A program made the translations under genes and the position numbers. From Trypanosoma brucei (lineage: Eukaryota), in assembly GCA_000002445.1 (NCBI GenBank), contig CP000070.1, positions 1,120,001 to 1,184,000 of the forward strand: DNA of 64,000 bases, in the 5' to 3' direction. The notes under the pieces are model-generated. The model was not told where the DNA came from. It saw only the letters and a list, made by a program, of their open reading frames with translations, and ran no database searches. This document shows, in pieces, positions 52,804-64,000 of this stretch; the stretch's first letter is position 1; each line of letters starts with the position of its first letter.

Positions 52804-54096
52804 CTACATGTTCTCTCTTAAAAAATTCCCTGAACCCTTATCAGGGTTGTTAAGGCTGCCCAAACCAACTGATGACAGGCGTCGCCATGCAGACCCACGC
52901 CTACCGGTGCGCGAGCCCGACCTGCTTGTTCTGCCGCGATGTGTTTCCACTGCATTAAAGCTACTCTTCCTTTGAAGCTGCCTGGGGCGGACCTCAACTT
53001 TTGCCAAACGCATATTGACCAACGGATGCATCTCATGGTAACGTGATTGTAGGGGAAGTTCCCGAAATATACTTACATGACGATAAATCGCCTCTCGTTC
53101 ACTTGGAGTGTACTCGTGCATTTCTACCAAGTCATCCACCATCTTCTGGTAAGCGGAGGTTAAGAGCGTTACTCGAAGCCGCTGAGCCTGGTCAGTAAAG
53201 GAAGCTCCTGGAAGCAACCCCGAGTGTGCCCCCCGGATCCCCGGTGACTGTCGACTGCCGTCGTCACATGAGGTAAACTCTACAGTACTGGAACCAATCC
53301 GCACGGGTGTGCGCGTCAGCAACTCCAGCGTTTTCCTCGGATCCTCGTCGCAACTCGGTCCGTTTGTGGCTTTCTCCTCTACGCTGTGAGTAACTGAGAA
53401 GTTCGGCCATATGGTGCGGGTGGAGGATGATGTGGTTTCCGGGTGATGAGTCTCCGTCGCTGTTGTTGTAGAGGAAACCGGACTCACGCTGCTTCGACTT
53501 GGCGGTCGGCTAACGACTGGTCCCCTTGTCGCTGGTTCGGGTTTCACCACTTGCTGAATTAGTGGCAGTTCCACATCGTTGTCATCCTCCAGTGCCCTCT
53601 CCAATAAACCACGGGGCGTATTCCACACGCTAGGCTGGGGTGAATGATTAGTGTGCGTACCCGCATCACTTCGATGGAACTCATCCCAAGTGACAGCAGT
53701 TGATGGTCTTCTCGAAAATGCGCCCGTATTCATCTGAGGTTTTTGTTGAGATTGCTGCTCAGCCTTGCGGGGTGTGGGGGACTGGTGTGGCGCAGCCGTC
53801 GTATTATACCTGTTTCTTAGCGCAGGAGGCGGCGAGTAGTTGGAGTCAAACACTTCCTGTTTTATGAATCGCCACCTGTGCGCTAGTCCTGTTGGTTGTG
53901 GAAACGCCGCAGCCGCCCTTGATCGCGTGGAAGGAGGTCGCTGTACTGTAGCCGCTACTTTATTTTCCTTTACAGTATAATATGTTCCACTAAAGGGACC
54001 CTTCACAGGCAATTCATGCACCTGTTCTGCTAACAGGGGTGACAAAAGCCCCTTTCGCTGCGGGCTGGCGAACTCTATCATCCCCACTGTGCGCAC
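52804..54096 (-). CDS. Hypothetical Ser/Pro/Thr-rich protein (430 aa)
   Basis: ORF in register with the - strand unit. Low-complexity S/P/T-rich centre. No domain recognised. Confidence 0.4.
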   Translation of the reverse strand: MRTVGMIEFASPQRKGLLSPLLAEQVHELPVKGPFSGTYYTVKENKVAATVQRPPSTRSRAAAAFPQPTGLAHRWRFIKQEVFDSNYSPPPALRNRYNTTAAPHQSPTPRKAEQQSQQKPQMNTGAFSRRPSTAVTWDEFHRSDAGTHTNHSPQPSVWNTPRGLLERALEDDNDVELPLIQQVVKPEPATRGPVVSRPPSRSSVSPVSSTTTATETHHPETTSSSTRTIWPNFSVTHSVEEKATNGPSCDEDPRKTLELLTRTPVRIGSSTVEFTSCDDGSRQSPGIRGAHSGLLPGASFTDQAQRLRVTLLTSAYQKMVDDLVEMHEYTPSEREAIYRHVSIFRELPLQSRYHEMHPLVNMRLAKVEVRPRQLQRKSSFNAVETHRGRTSRSGSRTGRRGSAWRRLSSVGLGSLNNPDKGSGNFLRENM

Positions 54097-55351
54097 CGAA
54101 CGAGTCTCCCTCTGCTACTCAGCCTTTGCTGATCCCTACCAGTGCGAACAATTGACGTACTGGGAAGCTTGAAACAAAGAAAAGGGGTATATGAGCACAA
54201 ATATATGAACAGTTATAGGAACATAGAGTGTTTCAGCGCACGGAACGTGAAGAGCAAGAACGAAATCGTAAGAGGGGAAGGGAAGGATATTGAGAAATAA
54301 AATTATAAATAGACGGCAATCACGCCGTCACTGCCAGGGAGCAGTAAATAATAAGAACATGTACGAAATGCAAGAAAAAAAAGACGGTTTCTACCGAGGT
54401 CATGTTCACGGTCTGGCCCCACGAACATTAACCGTATCGGTTGTGCGGACAACCCAGCCCTATTCCGTGTCGCTCTCAATGCAACATAATACTCAGTTGT
54501 TGTTGTTGTTTGCAGAGATTCCCAGCCCGGTGCTCTCACTGCTGTTCATTCCCTTGTACAACCTGGAAAATGCGATGATTGCTTGGAACATTCATCCCTC
54601 GTAATTTAGTGGTCGATGGCATCGCAGAGCATTTTTTTTTGAATGTTTTCAGTGCAGATAATGCTGCATGAGTTGTTTCACCTTCACCGCAAATGCTCCA
54701 TTGAGTCGCACAGTGGATTTCGCGTCCGGGTGTGTGCGAGTTGGGGTTTAGAGTTGTGTCAAAGTTCCTCGACTTACTGATGATGGAATGGTAGCTAAAA
54801 CATGAAATACCCTTCAAGAAACCGCGTGAACAAACAGAAGTGAAGAGGTAGGCAACGGTTGCATAAACTTTCGTGAGTATGGAAAATGCGATATATCAGA
54901 AAAAAAAGCAGATAGAACCCCCAAATGACCATTTGGAATTTCGGCATTTACCGCACATGTCACAAATATCCAACCGGGTATAGGGTTGAGTTGCGCAGGC
55001 GCCCCCTCACTTCGGCATGAGTGGACGGAAACTGATGAAAACAAAGTAACACATGCATACGAAAGAGTGGAAAGAATGAAAGGGTAAAGTATGTGACAAA
55101 TAAAAAAGTAGGCGAAATAAGTGATTTTTTCCCTCCCACTCGGTTAGCTCCGCTACCTTACCACCTGCCTTCCTGCATTCACCCTACCCACTATCGGCAT
55201 AATGGCACTTTGCTATGCATAACGCTTTTTTATCGTCCTCTTTCCAGAAGCGCAAGCGCCTTTCAACTCCTACTAGCACACTATTAGGTCATAAAAAAAC
55301 CTCCTTTCCCCCCCTATTATTCATCCCATTCGTCATCACGTTGCACGCCAA

Positions 55352-56212
55352 TTACGGCGAGGCCAAGCGCTTCTCGTTCTTTTTCTCCTTTTCCGCTTCT
55401 TCCGCCTCCTCAGCCTCACGTTGTCTGTTTGCTTCATCAACATGTGGTTTCAGCTCTTCATCAGTCAAGATTTTAAAGCTCGGAACCATCTTTGGGTTCA
55501 CACCGTACGGGTCCAGTAATTTTTGGGTCAGTGGTGCCTGAACGCGTTGGAGCACCGCCACCTCCAAGCGCTCTGGCGTAAGCTTCACAGCGTCCATCGT
55601 CTTACCGAGGACCCGTAGGCAAAGCACAATGCCCTCCTCCAGTGTAAGTTCCGGTTTCCAGTCACGCTTGAGAAGTGACTGTGCAACCTGGTCATTTTGT
55701 CCAACGGCATACGCCCGCCATGCGCTATAGTTACCGCTTGCATCTGTGTGGTAAAGTTGGTAGCCATAGTGGCGATCCCACCCTGCAAAGAGAAATGACA
55801 CACCGAAGGGACGCACACCACCATACTGGGTGTACAGCTGTTTCTCGTCACACACCATGCGGCAGAGGTCTTCCGCGGCTATCGGCTCCTGAAAGCTGTA
55901 AAAGTGGCGGGCTGCACTCAGTCGAGCGTAGTTGATTAGTGCGTAGGCATCAGAAGTTACGCCAGCGACGCTGCAGCCGAGATGATTTGAAATCTTATAC
56001 ACTTTTTCTCCACTTATATTTCTATCCTCCATGTTCTCTGTATCGAACAACCCATGTTGCTGCCCCCGCTCAGCGCCAAGCACGACACCACCAGTAGTGA
56101 GAATTCCGATGATAGTGCCCGCCTGCGATATTGCCTCTTCCGCATATTCCACTTGATAAAGACGTCCCTCAGGCGAGAAGGTGGTGGTGCGGGAGTCGTA
56201 ACGCGAGGACAT
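55352..56212 (-). CDS. 20S proteasome alpha subunit, alpha type-4 (PSMA4/yeast alpha3-like)
   Basis: The N-terminus [37 protein letters not shown] is nearly identical to the PSMA4 N-terminus ([37 protein letters not shown]). Charged KE-rich C-terminal tail. Confidence 0.85.
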   Translation of the reverse strand: [286 protein letters not shown]

Positions 56213-56911
56213 TTCTCTTGTTTACCGCACCCGTCTCTTTCTCTCGTATACTAGAATGCGTATGAAGGAACCTCTTTTGCTTTATTTCTCTTTTTTTCTT
56301 TTTTCACTCTCCTGTTAATTACCACCACTGCTTTACGATTCGAAAAAAAGAGGGAAAGAAAATAAAAGGAAAAGAGAAAAACAAAGTCAGCGTACACTCA
56401 CTCGCTTTGTTTTGTGGGGATCACCGACAAGGCACCTCCCCGAGGGATGTGTGGGCGCCCTGAGGCACAAACGAAGGCGAGCAAATGGAAGAGGAGATGT
56501 GAACAATAACGGTAATAACACCATCAATGATAATCTTCCAGTAAACAATACAACCTTGAGGACGTTAGTGTGGTAATCTCAACAAACTAGAAGCTCAAAA
56601 TAGCCACAACCAGAGGGTAACCGAGTGGATGGAGATGATAAACCATAGCAAAGGCCGATGAAGAAACATCAGCCGCTACAGAACGTAACTTATTCGCGAA
56701 AAACTGATTCGGTGCGCTCATCATTTGGCTAAGGGCCTTAACCCCCATTTGCAGCAGTTAGCACTTTCCTTCCATTGCAGGAATTGGATATACTCAAAGG
56801 TTCTATGAAAACTCGATGCACAGAAACACTATGTGATACCCGATGCAGAGGATGGCCAACAGAAGACTGGGAGACACCTTTACGGCCCCACACGCATGCA
56901 CAGCTATAAAT

Positions 56912-57601
56912 TCAATCATTCCATGGACTTTCTAATGCTCGCTGCTTATCTCGTGCCACAATACCCTCCTTCTCGACAAGTCGCCATATTGCCATGGTTG
57001 TCCCCTCATCCAACCCAAGTCGCGCTGCTACAGTGAAGAGCTTGACTCGCTGTTCCTCAGGAACCTTCTTGTAGCGGTGAAAGCACGCTGCCCTCATTGC
57101 GTCGTATACAAAACAACGAACTTCAGGCATTTGACTAAGACGCATGTTAATGTCAGTGTCATTTTCGGTATCCGATTTACTACCATCCTCGCCACTGGTT
57201 ACATTTCCAGCGTCATTTGCTGAGCCAGTCTGCGGTCCCTGTGCCTTCTCTAGTGTCTCCACCAGGTGCCTTCGATATCGCTCTACATCCTCCTCGCTGC
57301 TGTTATGGCGCATGGCAATTTTAAGCAACTCATACGATGGGAATAAGGCGGCTGAACACCCAGCGACCCAGTCGCGGGCGCGGCGTCCACCACCACTTGC
57401 ATGCACGAGGGCCTTGCAGTAAAGCACCGGTGTATCATTTTCCTTCAATGCATCCCCTACCCCAAAACTTTTCCACGAGCCATAACGCGGTGCCAGCCCA
57501 GTGCCGTACATAACGTTCAGCACCCATTGTTGCGAGGAGTCGTGACGCATTGCTACTCCCGCAGCTGGAAAGATGACGCAGGAACGAATAACGGAACGCA
57601 T
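56912..57601 (-). CDS. Hypothetical protein (229 aa)
   Basis: ORF in register with the - strand unit. No motif recognised. Confidence 0.35.
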   Translation of the reverse strand: MRSVIRSCVIFPAAGVAMRHDSSQQWVLNVMYGTGLAPRYGSWKSFGVGDALKENDTPVLYCKALVHASGGGRRARDWVAGCSAALFPSYELLKIAMRHNSSEEDVERYRRHLVETLEKAQGPQTGSANDAGNVTSGEDGSKSDTENDTDINMRLSQMPEVRCFVYDAMRAACFHRYKKVPEEQRVKLFTVAARLGLDEGTTMAIWRLVEKEGIVARDKQRALESPWND

Positions 57602-58077
57602 TATATATCCACACTGACCCCTTCGCTAAACTGCCTCAATAGTGTCGCAGAGTATTTTTTTCTGCTGGGTCGTTCAGGCCAACCCTACCACACACCATTC
57701 ACAACTTTCCCCACCTGTGGATGTGAGGTCCTGTAAACGGTTTTCTTATTACTTTTACAGGTACAGTCCGTCCGTGGCGGCTCCAGAAAAAAAAAAATGA
57801 GGTTCCAAAAACGCTATCGAAGGCAACCCTGTGCACCGTTCCTTCCTAAAATTCCTGAAAACCATGCTGGCAGACAAAGATAATAGATAGGAGGAAATGG
57901 ACAGCGGAACCCCGATGGCGGGAAGCGTCACCCACTGCAGAGATTATAAAAGTTTCTCAGTTGAAACCATTTGTAATGTGTAGTCATTCGCACCCGATGT
58001 GATGGTGAGCAATGATGGTACATATCCACAACGCTCGTCAGCAGCAAAACCCACATTGAGCATATTAGCCCTCATTG

Positions 58078-58956
58078 TCATTTATTACTTTGATTGTTAT
58101 CACCACACTCCTCTTTGTTTGTTTTATCTCCACCCAGCACATGATGACCATCCTGAGGCAACCCACAGACCTGCTGCATACCGTAATAGTCAAGTACGGT
58201 GCTCGGTCCGGGTGCTTCGGCTAAGCGCACCGCCGCTTCTGCAACAACATCGACACTAATCGGTGGTACCAAAAGGCCGTGGAGGTGCAGCGGCCGCAGC
58301 ACTGCTTCAAGAGGCTTGCCGATAGGCCACAGCGGAACCGGCACACAACCCTCCCCGAGTGGCACGTGCCGCGTGCCATAAATGAAACCAGGTCTCAGCA
58401 CAGCTCCGTCGTCACCAAGGTTCTCCAACACGGCCCGCTCAGCGACACGCTTTCCCATGAAGTAGCCCTTCAGCGCCCAGCGACTGTTCAAGAAAAAACC
58501 GGCACGCGTGCCCACTGGTTCCGCGGAGATGAGAACCATGCGGCGTGCAACAGCTCTTCGTTCGTACAGAGCTGCTGCAATGTTTACGTTGGCATCACCA
58601 CAAACACGGCGCGCCATTTCGTGATCTCTAGTGAGGAGACCAATGCAACTAATAATGGCACTTGCATCCGGGTGGTCATCCATGAACTGAAACACCTGCA
58701 GGCGACTTGTGGCATCAAGGGAAACAAACTCTAGCGGTTGGGGGACATGACACGTGTCGTGTGCAACTCCCTGTGAGAGCGTGTCTCCGTGCTTCTGTTG
58801 TAATGAAGTGAAATCATTATACAAAGGTGAACCGTGTATTGGTACGCCACCGCGAGTTGCACATATTACTCTCCAGCCGCGCTGTAGAGCCTTCCGAACC
58901 ACTACTGAGCCCACGAACCCCGTACCGCCAAATATCAATAGCTTACCCGACTTCAT
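58078..58956 (-). CDS. NAD(P)-binding Rossmann-fold protein, NAD-dependent epimerase/dehydratase or NmrA-like SDR
   Basis: N-terminal GxxGxxG motif MKSGKLLIFGGTGFVGSVVVRKALQRGWRV, typical of atypical SDR/epimerase family members. 292 aa. Confidence 0.6.
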   Translation of the reverse strand: MKSGKLLIFGGTGFVGSVVVRKALQRGWRVICATRGGVPIHGSPLYNDFTSLQQKHGDTLSQGVAHDTCHVPQPLEFVSLDATSRLQVFQFMDDHPDASAIISCIGLLTRDHEMARRVCGDANVNIAAALYERRAVARRMVLISAEPVGTRAGFFLNSRWALKGYFMGKRVAERAVLENLGDDGAVLRPGFIYGTRHVPLGEGCVPVPLWPIGKPLEAVLRPLHLHGLLVPPISVDVVAEAAVRLAEAPGPSTVLDYYGMQQVCGLPQDGHHVLGGDKTNKEECGDNNQSNK

Positions 58957-59807
58957 AATGCCACAAATCCCTCAACCAAAAAATGGCTCGCAAATGATTA
59001 AATTTGAGTGTATTTCCCCCCTTTTCCCTCTCTCACTGTAGCGGTGCTTCCCTTATTTCCAAATTTGACGTAACTCGACGTCTTCCAAAGTAGAATTTAA
59101 GATATATATATATATATATAAGCCTTTACAATGTTGCTATTTTCCTACGTTGTTTTTGACTGTTCAATGCCGACCCGCGCAGGAACCGGCTACTGTCCTT
59201 TCCCCAACCAACCAGCTCACCGCGTCCTAAAAGCAGAGAGGCTGCGTTGTATTTTAGTGGGTTTTGAGTTCTAGAGTTCAGCAAAGTTAGAGTAATAATA
59301 ATAATAATAAACAATAACCCACAAAGGAATACGAGTACATATCAGAAAAAAGAAGTGTAAATGTTGTCAAATACACTACAACCATCGGTGCTGTTTCCTT
59401 CATGCACGCATGAGTAAGTCATTGTTGCACATACACGGCGGGAAACACCCCCTTTTTGTCTTTTTTTCTTGTGCTTCTGATTTTATTTTCTTCCCTGCTT
59501 GCTTCACGGAGGAGGAACGTGTAGGTAATTATATGCTTATGTTTGTCCATGTATGCTGAGATGGGTTACACAAGTTTAAGGCACAGTGTAAATGTTGCGC
59601 ACAGTCCACTAACGCGTGATGAATCGTGTCGTTTTTGTTTTGTTTTGTTTTTTTTACAAATTATTTCTTTGTTTATCACAACAGTAGCAGCTTCCTTCGC
59701 GTTCATTGAACCTCCTCCACAGTGCTTTAATATATTTTCCTTTCATCCCTTCTTTCCCCATTTTTTAAATGTTTTCTCCTTTGCCTTTTGTTTCATTTGT
59801 GTTGTGC

Positions 59808-59812
<5 letters not shown>

Positions 59813-59842
<30 letters not shown>

Positions 59843-59892
59843 AAAATACAAAAAACAAACAAACAAACCGCCACCCGAATTCATCTTTTCAG

Positions 59893-59923
<31 letters not shown>
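59813..59923. repeat. Compound microsatellite region: (GT)~15 at 59813-59841 and (TA)~14 at 59895-59923
   Basis: Read directly. Further (TA)n at 60553-60578 and (TTTA)5 at 60827-60850 in the same 2.2-kb intergenic region. Confidence 0.9.
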
Positions 59924-59927
<4 letters not shown>

Positions 59928-61278
59928 CTCATCCACTGTATGCATAAACACATCGCCACTGAAGGAAAAGAAGTGCAGCAAAAGTAATTTTTTTTTTACC
60001 AAAACAAAACTGAACAAAAAAGGAGGGAACCTCAAAAACAAACAAAGACATGAAATAAAAAAAAGGTGAAAAAACAAAACGAGCAAAAACAAAAAGGAGG
60101 AAGAGGAAGAGGAAACAAAACAAAAAAGGGAGAAGATACGTTCCCTGCTCACCATTTGTTATACGGGTAACACATGTGCGCCAATTAGTACCATTTATGG
60201 GTGTTTTCTTTTTCTTTTTTTTTCCTTTTGAAAATATGTAATTAATTATTTTTCTCCCTTTCTCTCATAACAGCGGGGTACTATCACTTCTTGCTCAGCT
60301 GAACTCAGTCGGGTTTGGTTACTTGTTTTCGCCCCAACTACCAAAAATAAAAAAAAGAAAAGGTACGCCATCCTGGAGAGTATTGTTTCCTTCCTATTCT
60401 TTTACCCATATCGCCCACTTTTCTTTTATTTATTTTCCTTCATTTTGATTTGGTTCCAGCTTAATAATGAGGACACTGTTACACCCAAATGCTACTGATC
60501 CTACATATACACTGCCCCCAACCGCTTCGAAAAAAACAAAAAGAAAAAAAGAGTATATATATATATATATATATATATGCCGCGTGTGTGGTCCCATATG
60601 AACGAAGAAACCATTTTACGTGATTTACCTCCCTTTTCCCTTTTCTCTTCCCTTTTTATTGACCAAACAGTCAAAACACAAAAATACAATCACAACCAAA
60701 CACGTCAGTTCTCAATACTCTCTTTCCAAACCCTTCGCTGTACATCCATTTGTTATTCGCTACCGGGACATACGGTGGGGGCCCATACCTTTCTTTTTTT
60801 TCCTTTTTTTTCCTTTTTCTTTCTTTTATTTATTTATTTATTTATTTTTCTGCCTCACTCATCCACTATTTGCATATTTAAATAAGAAGGGGGGAAATTG
60901 TCTATATTAATAGCTGATCTGTTATACGTTGTTACGAAGCGCTATTTACCCTGCTGGAAACTGGTAATAGACATTAAAGGAACTGCGAGGAGAAATTAGT
61001 GGTAAGAAACTTAGTGAGTTGAACACTACTCAGAATGGAAACAGGAGAGGGGGGAAAAAAAAAGCAGAGGCAAAAAGAGAAAAGAGGTAACACTTATTGG
61101 CCTCTTGCTATGTTCTTCCTTTTTTTTTCTTTTACTCACCTAAAAAAAAAAAAAAATGCACAACTGTCGTTGCAAAACCAACTCCGTATGCTCCCAAACC
61201 TTGTCCACCTCCACGTTCCGATCTATGTTAATTCAGTCACTTACTTCATCTGCTCACACCCATGTTGGCTTCCTCGTG

Positions 61279-63867
61279 TTAAAAAAGTGATTCACCGCCG
61301 CCAAAGTCATTTCCATCAGCCTCACGACTCCTTTTTTTACTTGGCTCCATTAAAGCACTTGTAGTGAAGGTTTCTATTTCTTGTACCGGTGGTGGTAACA
61401 ATGACCTGCGCATTCCTCCTTCTACATCGCTTCCAATAGGCATAAGCTCGCCTATATTTGGAGTCTCCAAGAGACCGCCACGATTGTAACCCGAAAAGTT
61501 GTCCACCTGGTTGCTGCTGCCGTTGCTATTGATATTTGCCTCAACAAAACTACTGTTCATCTCCAGTACCCCAATTTCATCTGAAGGCACCTGCTCACCC
61601 CCGGCATCGGCATCAGAACAAAGCACTAACTGGGATAAGGGCGTATCAAGTGGATTGGGGGCGTGGTTAATGCCCAGGTTCCATTTGTTATGTTGATGTC
61701 GACTCTCGTGGGCTAAAACCGCAGCATGTTTCGAGTTCTCTCCATATCGTCGATCCACAAAAGTGTTAGAAAGGTTGTGATACTCCTCGAACATCCTACG
61801 CCCAACACCTCCTGGGCTATAATCATCCTTGAATTGGTTCGCCAACCTAACGACCGCCTCTTGGCCTTTGGTAAAATCAGTTGGGAAGTGTCTGTTGTAC
61901 CACTCTTCCTTGCGCAAGTATTCCCATAAGGTCAAGCCATTATAGCGCACCTCGCGGAGAAAGCCACGCTCCTCGTCCTTCGCCTTCTCACAGTCCTCAG
62001 AGGCATGGTAGTAGGAATCACAGAAGAGACATACATCTGGAAAGTTATCAACTTGCAACTGTGCAAGGTGTTGAAGAAGATCGTTTGATTTAACATACAG
62101 TAGGAATGCCCGAACGGTAGCTGTACTGTAACGGGCGGCAGCAAGAGGAATACGTGCGTCTGTGAGTTCTTTAATCGCCGTCAGGAAACTCTCCGGGTAT
62201 GCTTTATCTTTTCCCAGGACCTCCCACGCATCCGACAGCCGAGAGGAATCTCGTACGTTACGGTCAGCCCGCAAACGTTGAATTCGGTCTTGCACCAAAC
62301 CCGGATTAAGTCGTATATCGATCACCTTCAAATGATGCTGCTCCAACACCCGACGTGCCTCCACTTCACACCAACGGGTACCGTGCCCCATAGCATCACA
62401 AGTTTTGCAGTATGGAATCCGGTTGTCGTTAATCAGCTTTACAGCAAGAAAAAGCTCATCCTTGCGGAAACGTTTTGCCTTTCGGTCACTCATATCAATG
62501 GCTTTAAGAGCCTCCTCAAGAAGATGGCTTTCCTCTGGGTATTTCATCGCCAAAAGGTTATGTTCCTTTAGCAGGTTCCGTGCAACATGCAAATCCCAAG
62601 GTTCCTTTCTTCTCGTGCAGTGGGTAGCAGCATGAAAAGGCTCTAAGCAGTTGTAGCAGAGTATATCTTTTACGGGTCGTAGTAGTTGCACTTCCGTTGG
62701 TACACATGCATACAAGTCCGGGGGGTATTCCTCCGGAAGGGAGCCGTCAATAAGGCAGTGAAAGAATGAATTTGTTTCTTGCACTTCCTTTATGCTTTGG
62801 TACATTTGAGCCGGTAATTTCGCTTGACGAAAGTGGATGTCCAGCACCTCTACGCTCTGCAGCAGCTGATCCCACTCTCGGAAGCGACGACTTTTTTTTA
62901 GGAATCCATGCACACGCTCCATCGCAGGGCTTAGAGCCTCGTCATTCGGTTTACCAAATACTGTAGAGGAGGGCAGGATACCATAGCTTGCGTGAATCCA
63001 CATCGCATGTCGCTCGCGCGGGCCAGTGGTGGCACCCCGCACGGTATCAAACGCATCGAGCAATTGGTCGTACGGCTCGGCATTTTTAATTAGATTCACA
63101 ATACAGTCCAGCGCCTCCTCGTATACGAGGGGAAGCCGAATTCTATGCTTAAATAATATTTCCGCCGCATTCCTGCGAGACACACCTCCACGGTCTTTTT
63201 GAAGCAAGCTATAATAGTGAGAGCGGCGATAGTTATTCTGCTGACCGTTTGCCGTGATCATGGGGAACCGCACAAACGGTCGTTCACAGGGACATTGTGC
63301 CTCCGTATGCGTCCACACATCACACCGAGGGCAGCCACCTTTTTTTTCTACCAGTTCGTGTAACCACATCCGTGCGTGTGGGTGCATGACAGTATCTAAC
63401 GCATCAACCTCCACTGTGGACGCGGGTACAGGAAGGCAGGTCTTGATGTAGCTGCTGTTGCTCATTGGGGCGATGTCTCCCATCACCGCACCAGCAGCGG
63501 CAACATCACCAGATTCCTGGACTGGAGCTTCTGCCGCCGCTGGAGCAGGGGGTGTCCATCCGTAGCACCTAAGCAAATGATGCGATAAAGACGGCCGTGA
63601 TTTTCGACGTCGAAGACGATGGAGGCTGTCTCTAAAATCGGGAGGAACGCGAAGCCGCTCCGATCCATCTTTTGTTGCCTTCGATCCCCTCTGTTCCGCC
63701 GTACGGGTGGCTTGCTTGAGCCGCTGATAAACATCACCCCTCCACACCTTCTTCCACGTTTCAAGGAGCTCAAGGCCCTTGCTGCGTAACTCTTTGGACC
63801 GCGACGGTGACGCATTCTTATCAGCAAATAAAGCGGCCACCACTCCGGGACCATACGCATCGAGCAC
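61279..63867 (-). CDS. Large hypothetical protein with repeated Cys/His zinc-knuckle-like motifs
   Basis: 862-aa ORF. Recurrent C-x2-C-x(4-6)-H-x(3-5)-C-type motifs (CYNCLEPFHAATHC, CKTCDAMGHGTRWC, CLFCDSYYHASEDC, HTEAQCPC). No enzymatic domain recognised. The N-terminus may lie a little upstream, as the ORF-track start is the first in-frame Met. Confidence 0.45.
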   Translation of the reverse strand: MLDAYGPGVVAALFADKNASPSRSKELRSKGLELLETWKKVWRGDVYQRLKQATRTAEQRGSKATKDGSERLRVPPDFRDSLHRLRRRKSRPSLSHHLLRCYGWTPPAPAAAEAPVQESGDVAAAGAVMGDIAPMSNSSYIKTCLPVPASTVEVDALDTVMHPHARMWLHELVEKKGGCPRCDVWTHTEAQCPCERPFVRFPMITANGQQNNYRRSHYYSLLQKDRGGVSRRNAAEILFKHRIRLPLVYEEALDCIVNLIKNAEPYDQLLDAFDTVRGATTGPRERHAMWIHASYGILPSSTVFGKPNDEALSPAMERVHGFLKKSRRFREWDQLLQSVEVLDIHFRQAKLPAQMYQSIKEVQETNSFFHCLIDGSLPEEYPPDLYACVPTEVQLLRPVKDILCYNCLEPFHAATHCTRRKEPWDLHVARNLLKEHNLLAMKYPEESHLLEEALKAIDMSDRKAKRFRKDELFLAVKLINDNRIPYCKTCDAMGHGTRWCEVEARRVLEQHHLKVIDIRLNPGLVQDRIQRLRADRNVRDSSRLSDAWEVLGKDKAYPESFLTAIKELTDARIPLAAARYSTATVRAFLLYVKSNDLLQHLAQLQVDNFPDVCLFCDSYYHASEDCEKAKDEERGFLREVRYNGLTLWEYLRKEEWYNRHFPTDFTKGQEAVVRLANQFKDDYSPGGVGRRMFEEYHNLSNTFVDRRYGENSKHAAVLAHESRHQHNKWNLGINHAPNPLDTPLSQLVLCSDADAGGEQVPSDEIGVLEMNSSFVEANINSNGSSNQVDNFSGYNRGGLLETPNIGELMPIGSDVEGGMRRSLLPPPVQEIETFTTSALMEPSKKRSREADGNDFGGGESLF

Positions 63868-64000
63868 ATCTTCCCCGTTGGTAGAACCCCCGTTGGCACC
63901 TAGAGTGTCTAACCGCGACGTGTTGCGCCCAAAACACCAGTGGTGGGCAATGAGGTCTGGGAGGAATGAGTTTATCTCTTCGATGATTGAAGCGCAGAGG

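Overview
The window looks like chromosome-internal DNA from a kinetoplastid, most likely a Trypanosoma species. Long intron-less ORFs are packed into same-strand polycistronic blocks, separated by pyrimidine-rich tracts and dinucleotide microsatellites; there is nothing prokaryotic and no CRISPR. Genes 1332-5858 are on the + strand, and every supported gene from 14100 to the window end is on the - strand, so 5859-14099 is a convergent strand-switch region (SSR). That SSR is filled by an ~8.2 kb palindrome with two ~3.64 kb near-identical inverted arms (5880-9515 and 10482-14117, symmetry axis ~9998.5) around a 966 bp unique centre. Each arm carries a HYPK-like small gene and a decayed retroelement gag-like segment. 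The centre carries degenerate Ty3/DIRS-type reverse-transcriptase motifs. The palindrome is bracketed, and followed on the - strand, by four divergent paralogues of a small type-I membrane protein family (5118-5858 +, 14100-14975 -, 15900-16613 -, 17539-18219 -). These have hypervariable ectodomains but near-identical 5' flanks and signal peptides. The rest of the - strand block holds recognisable housekeeping genes: NudC, an F-box protein, an AIF-like FAD oxidoreductase, a TTM-type RNA triphosphatase candidate, a DZIP1-like zinc-finger protein, UTP25, a 1405-aa protein with ten 171-bp tandem repeats, a bromodomain protein, threonine synthase, an inositol polyphosphate kinase, proteasome alpha-4, an NAD-dependent epimerase-like protein and a zinc-knuckle-rich protein. 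A UTP12/WDR3-like WD40 gene lies in the + block. No tRNA or rRNA gene could be supported by eye.
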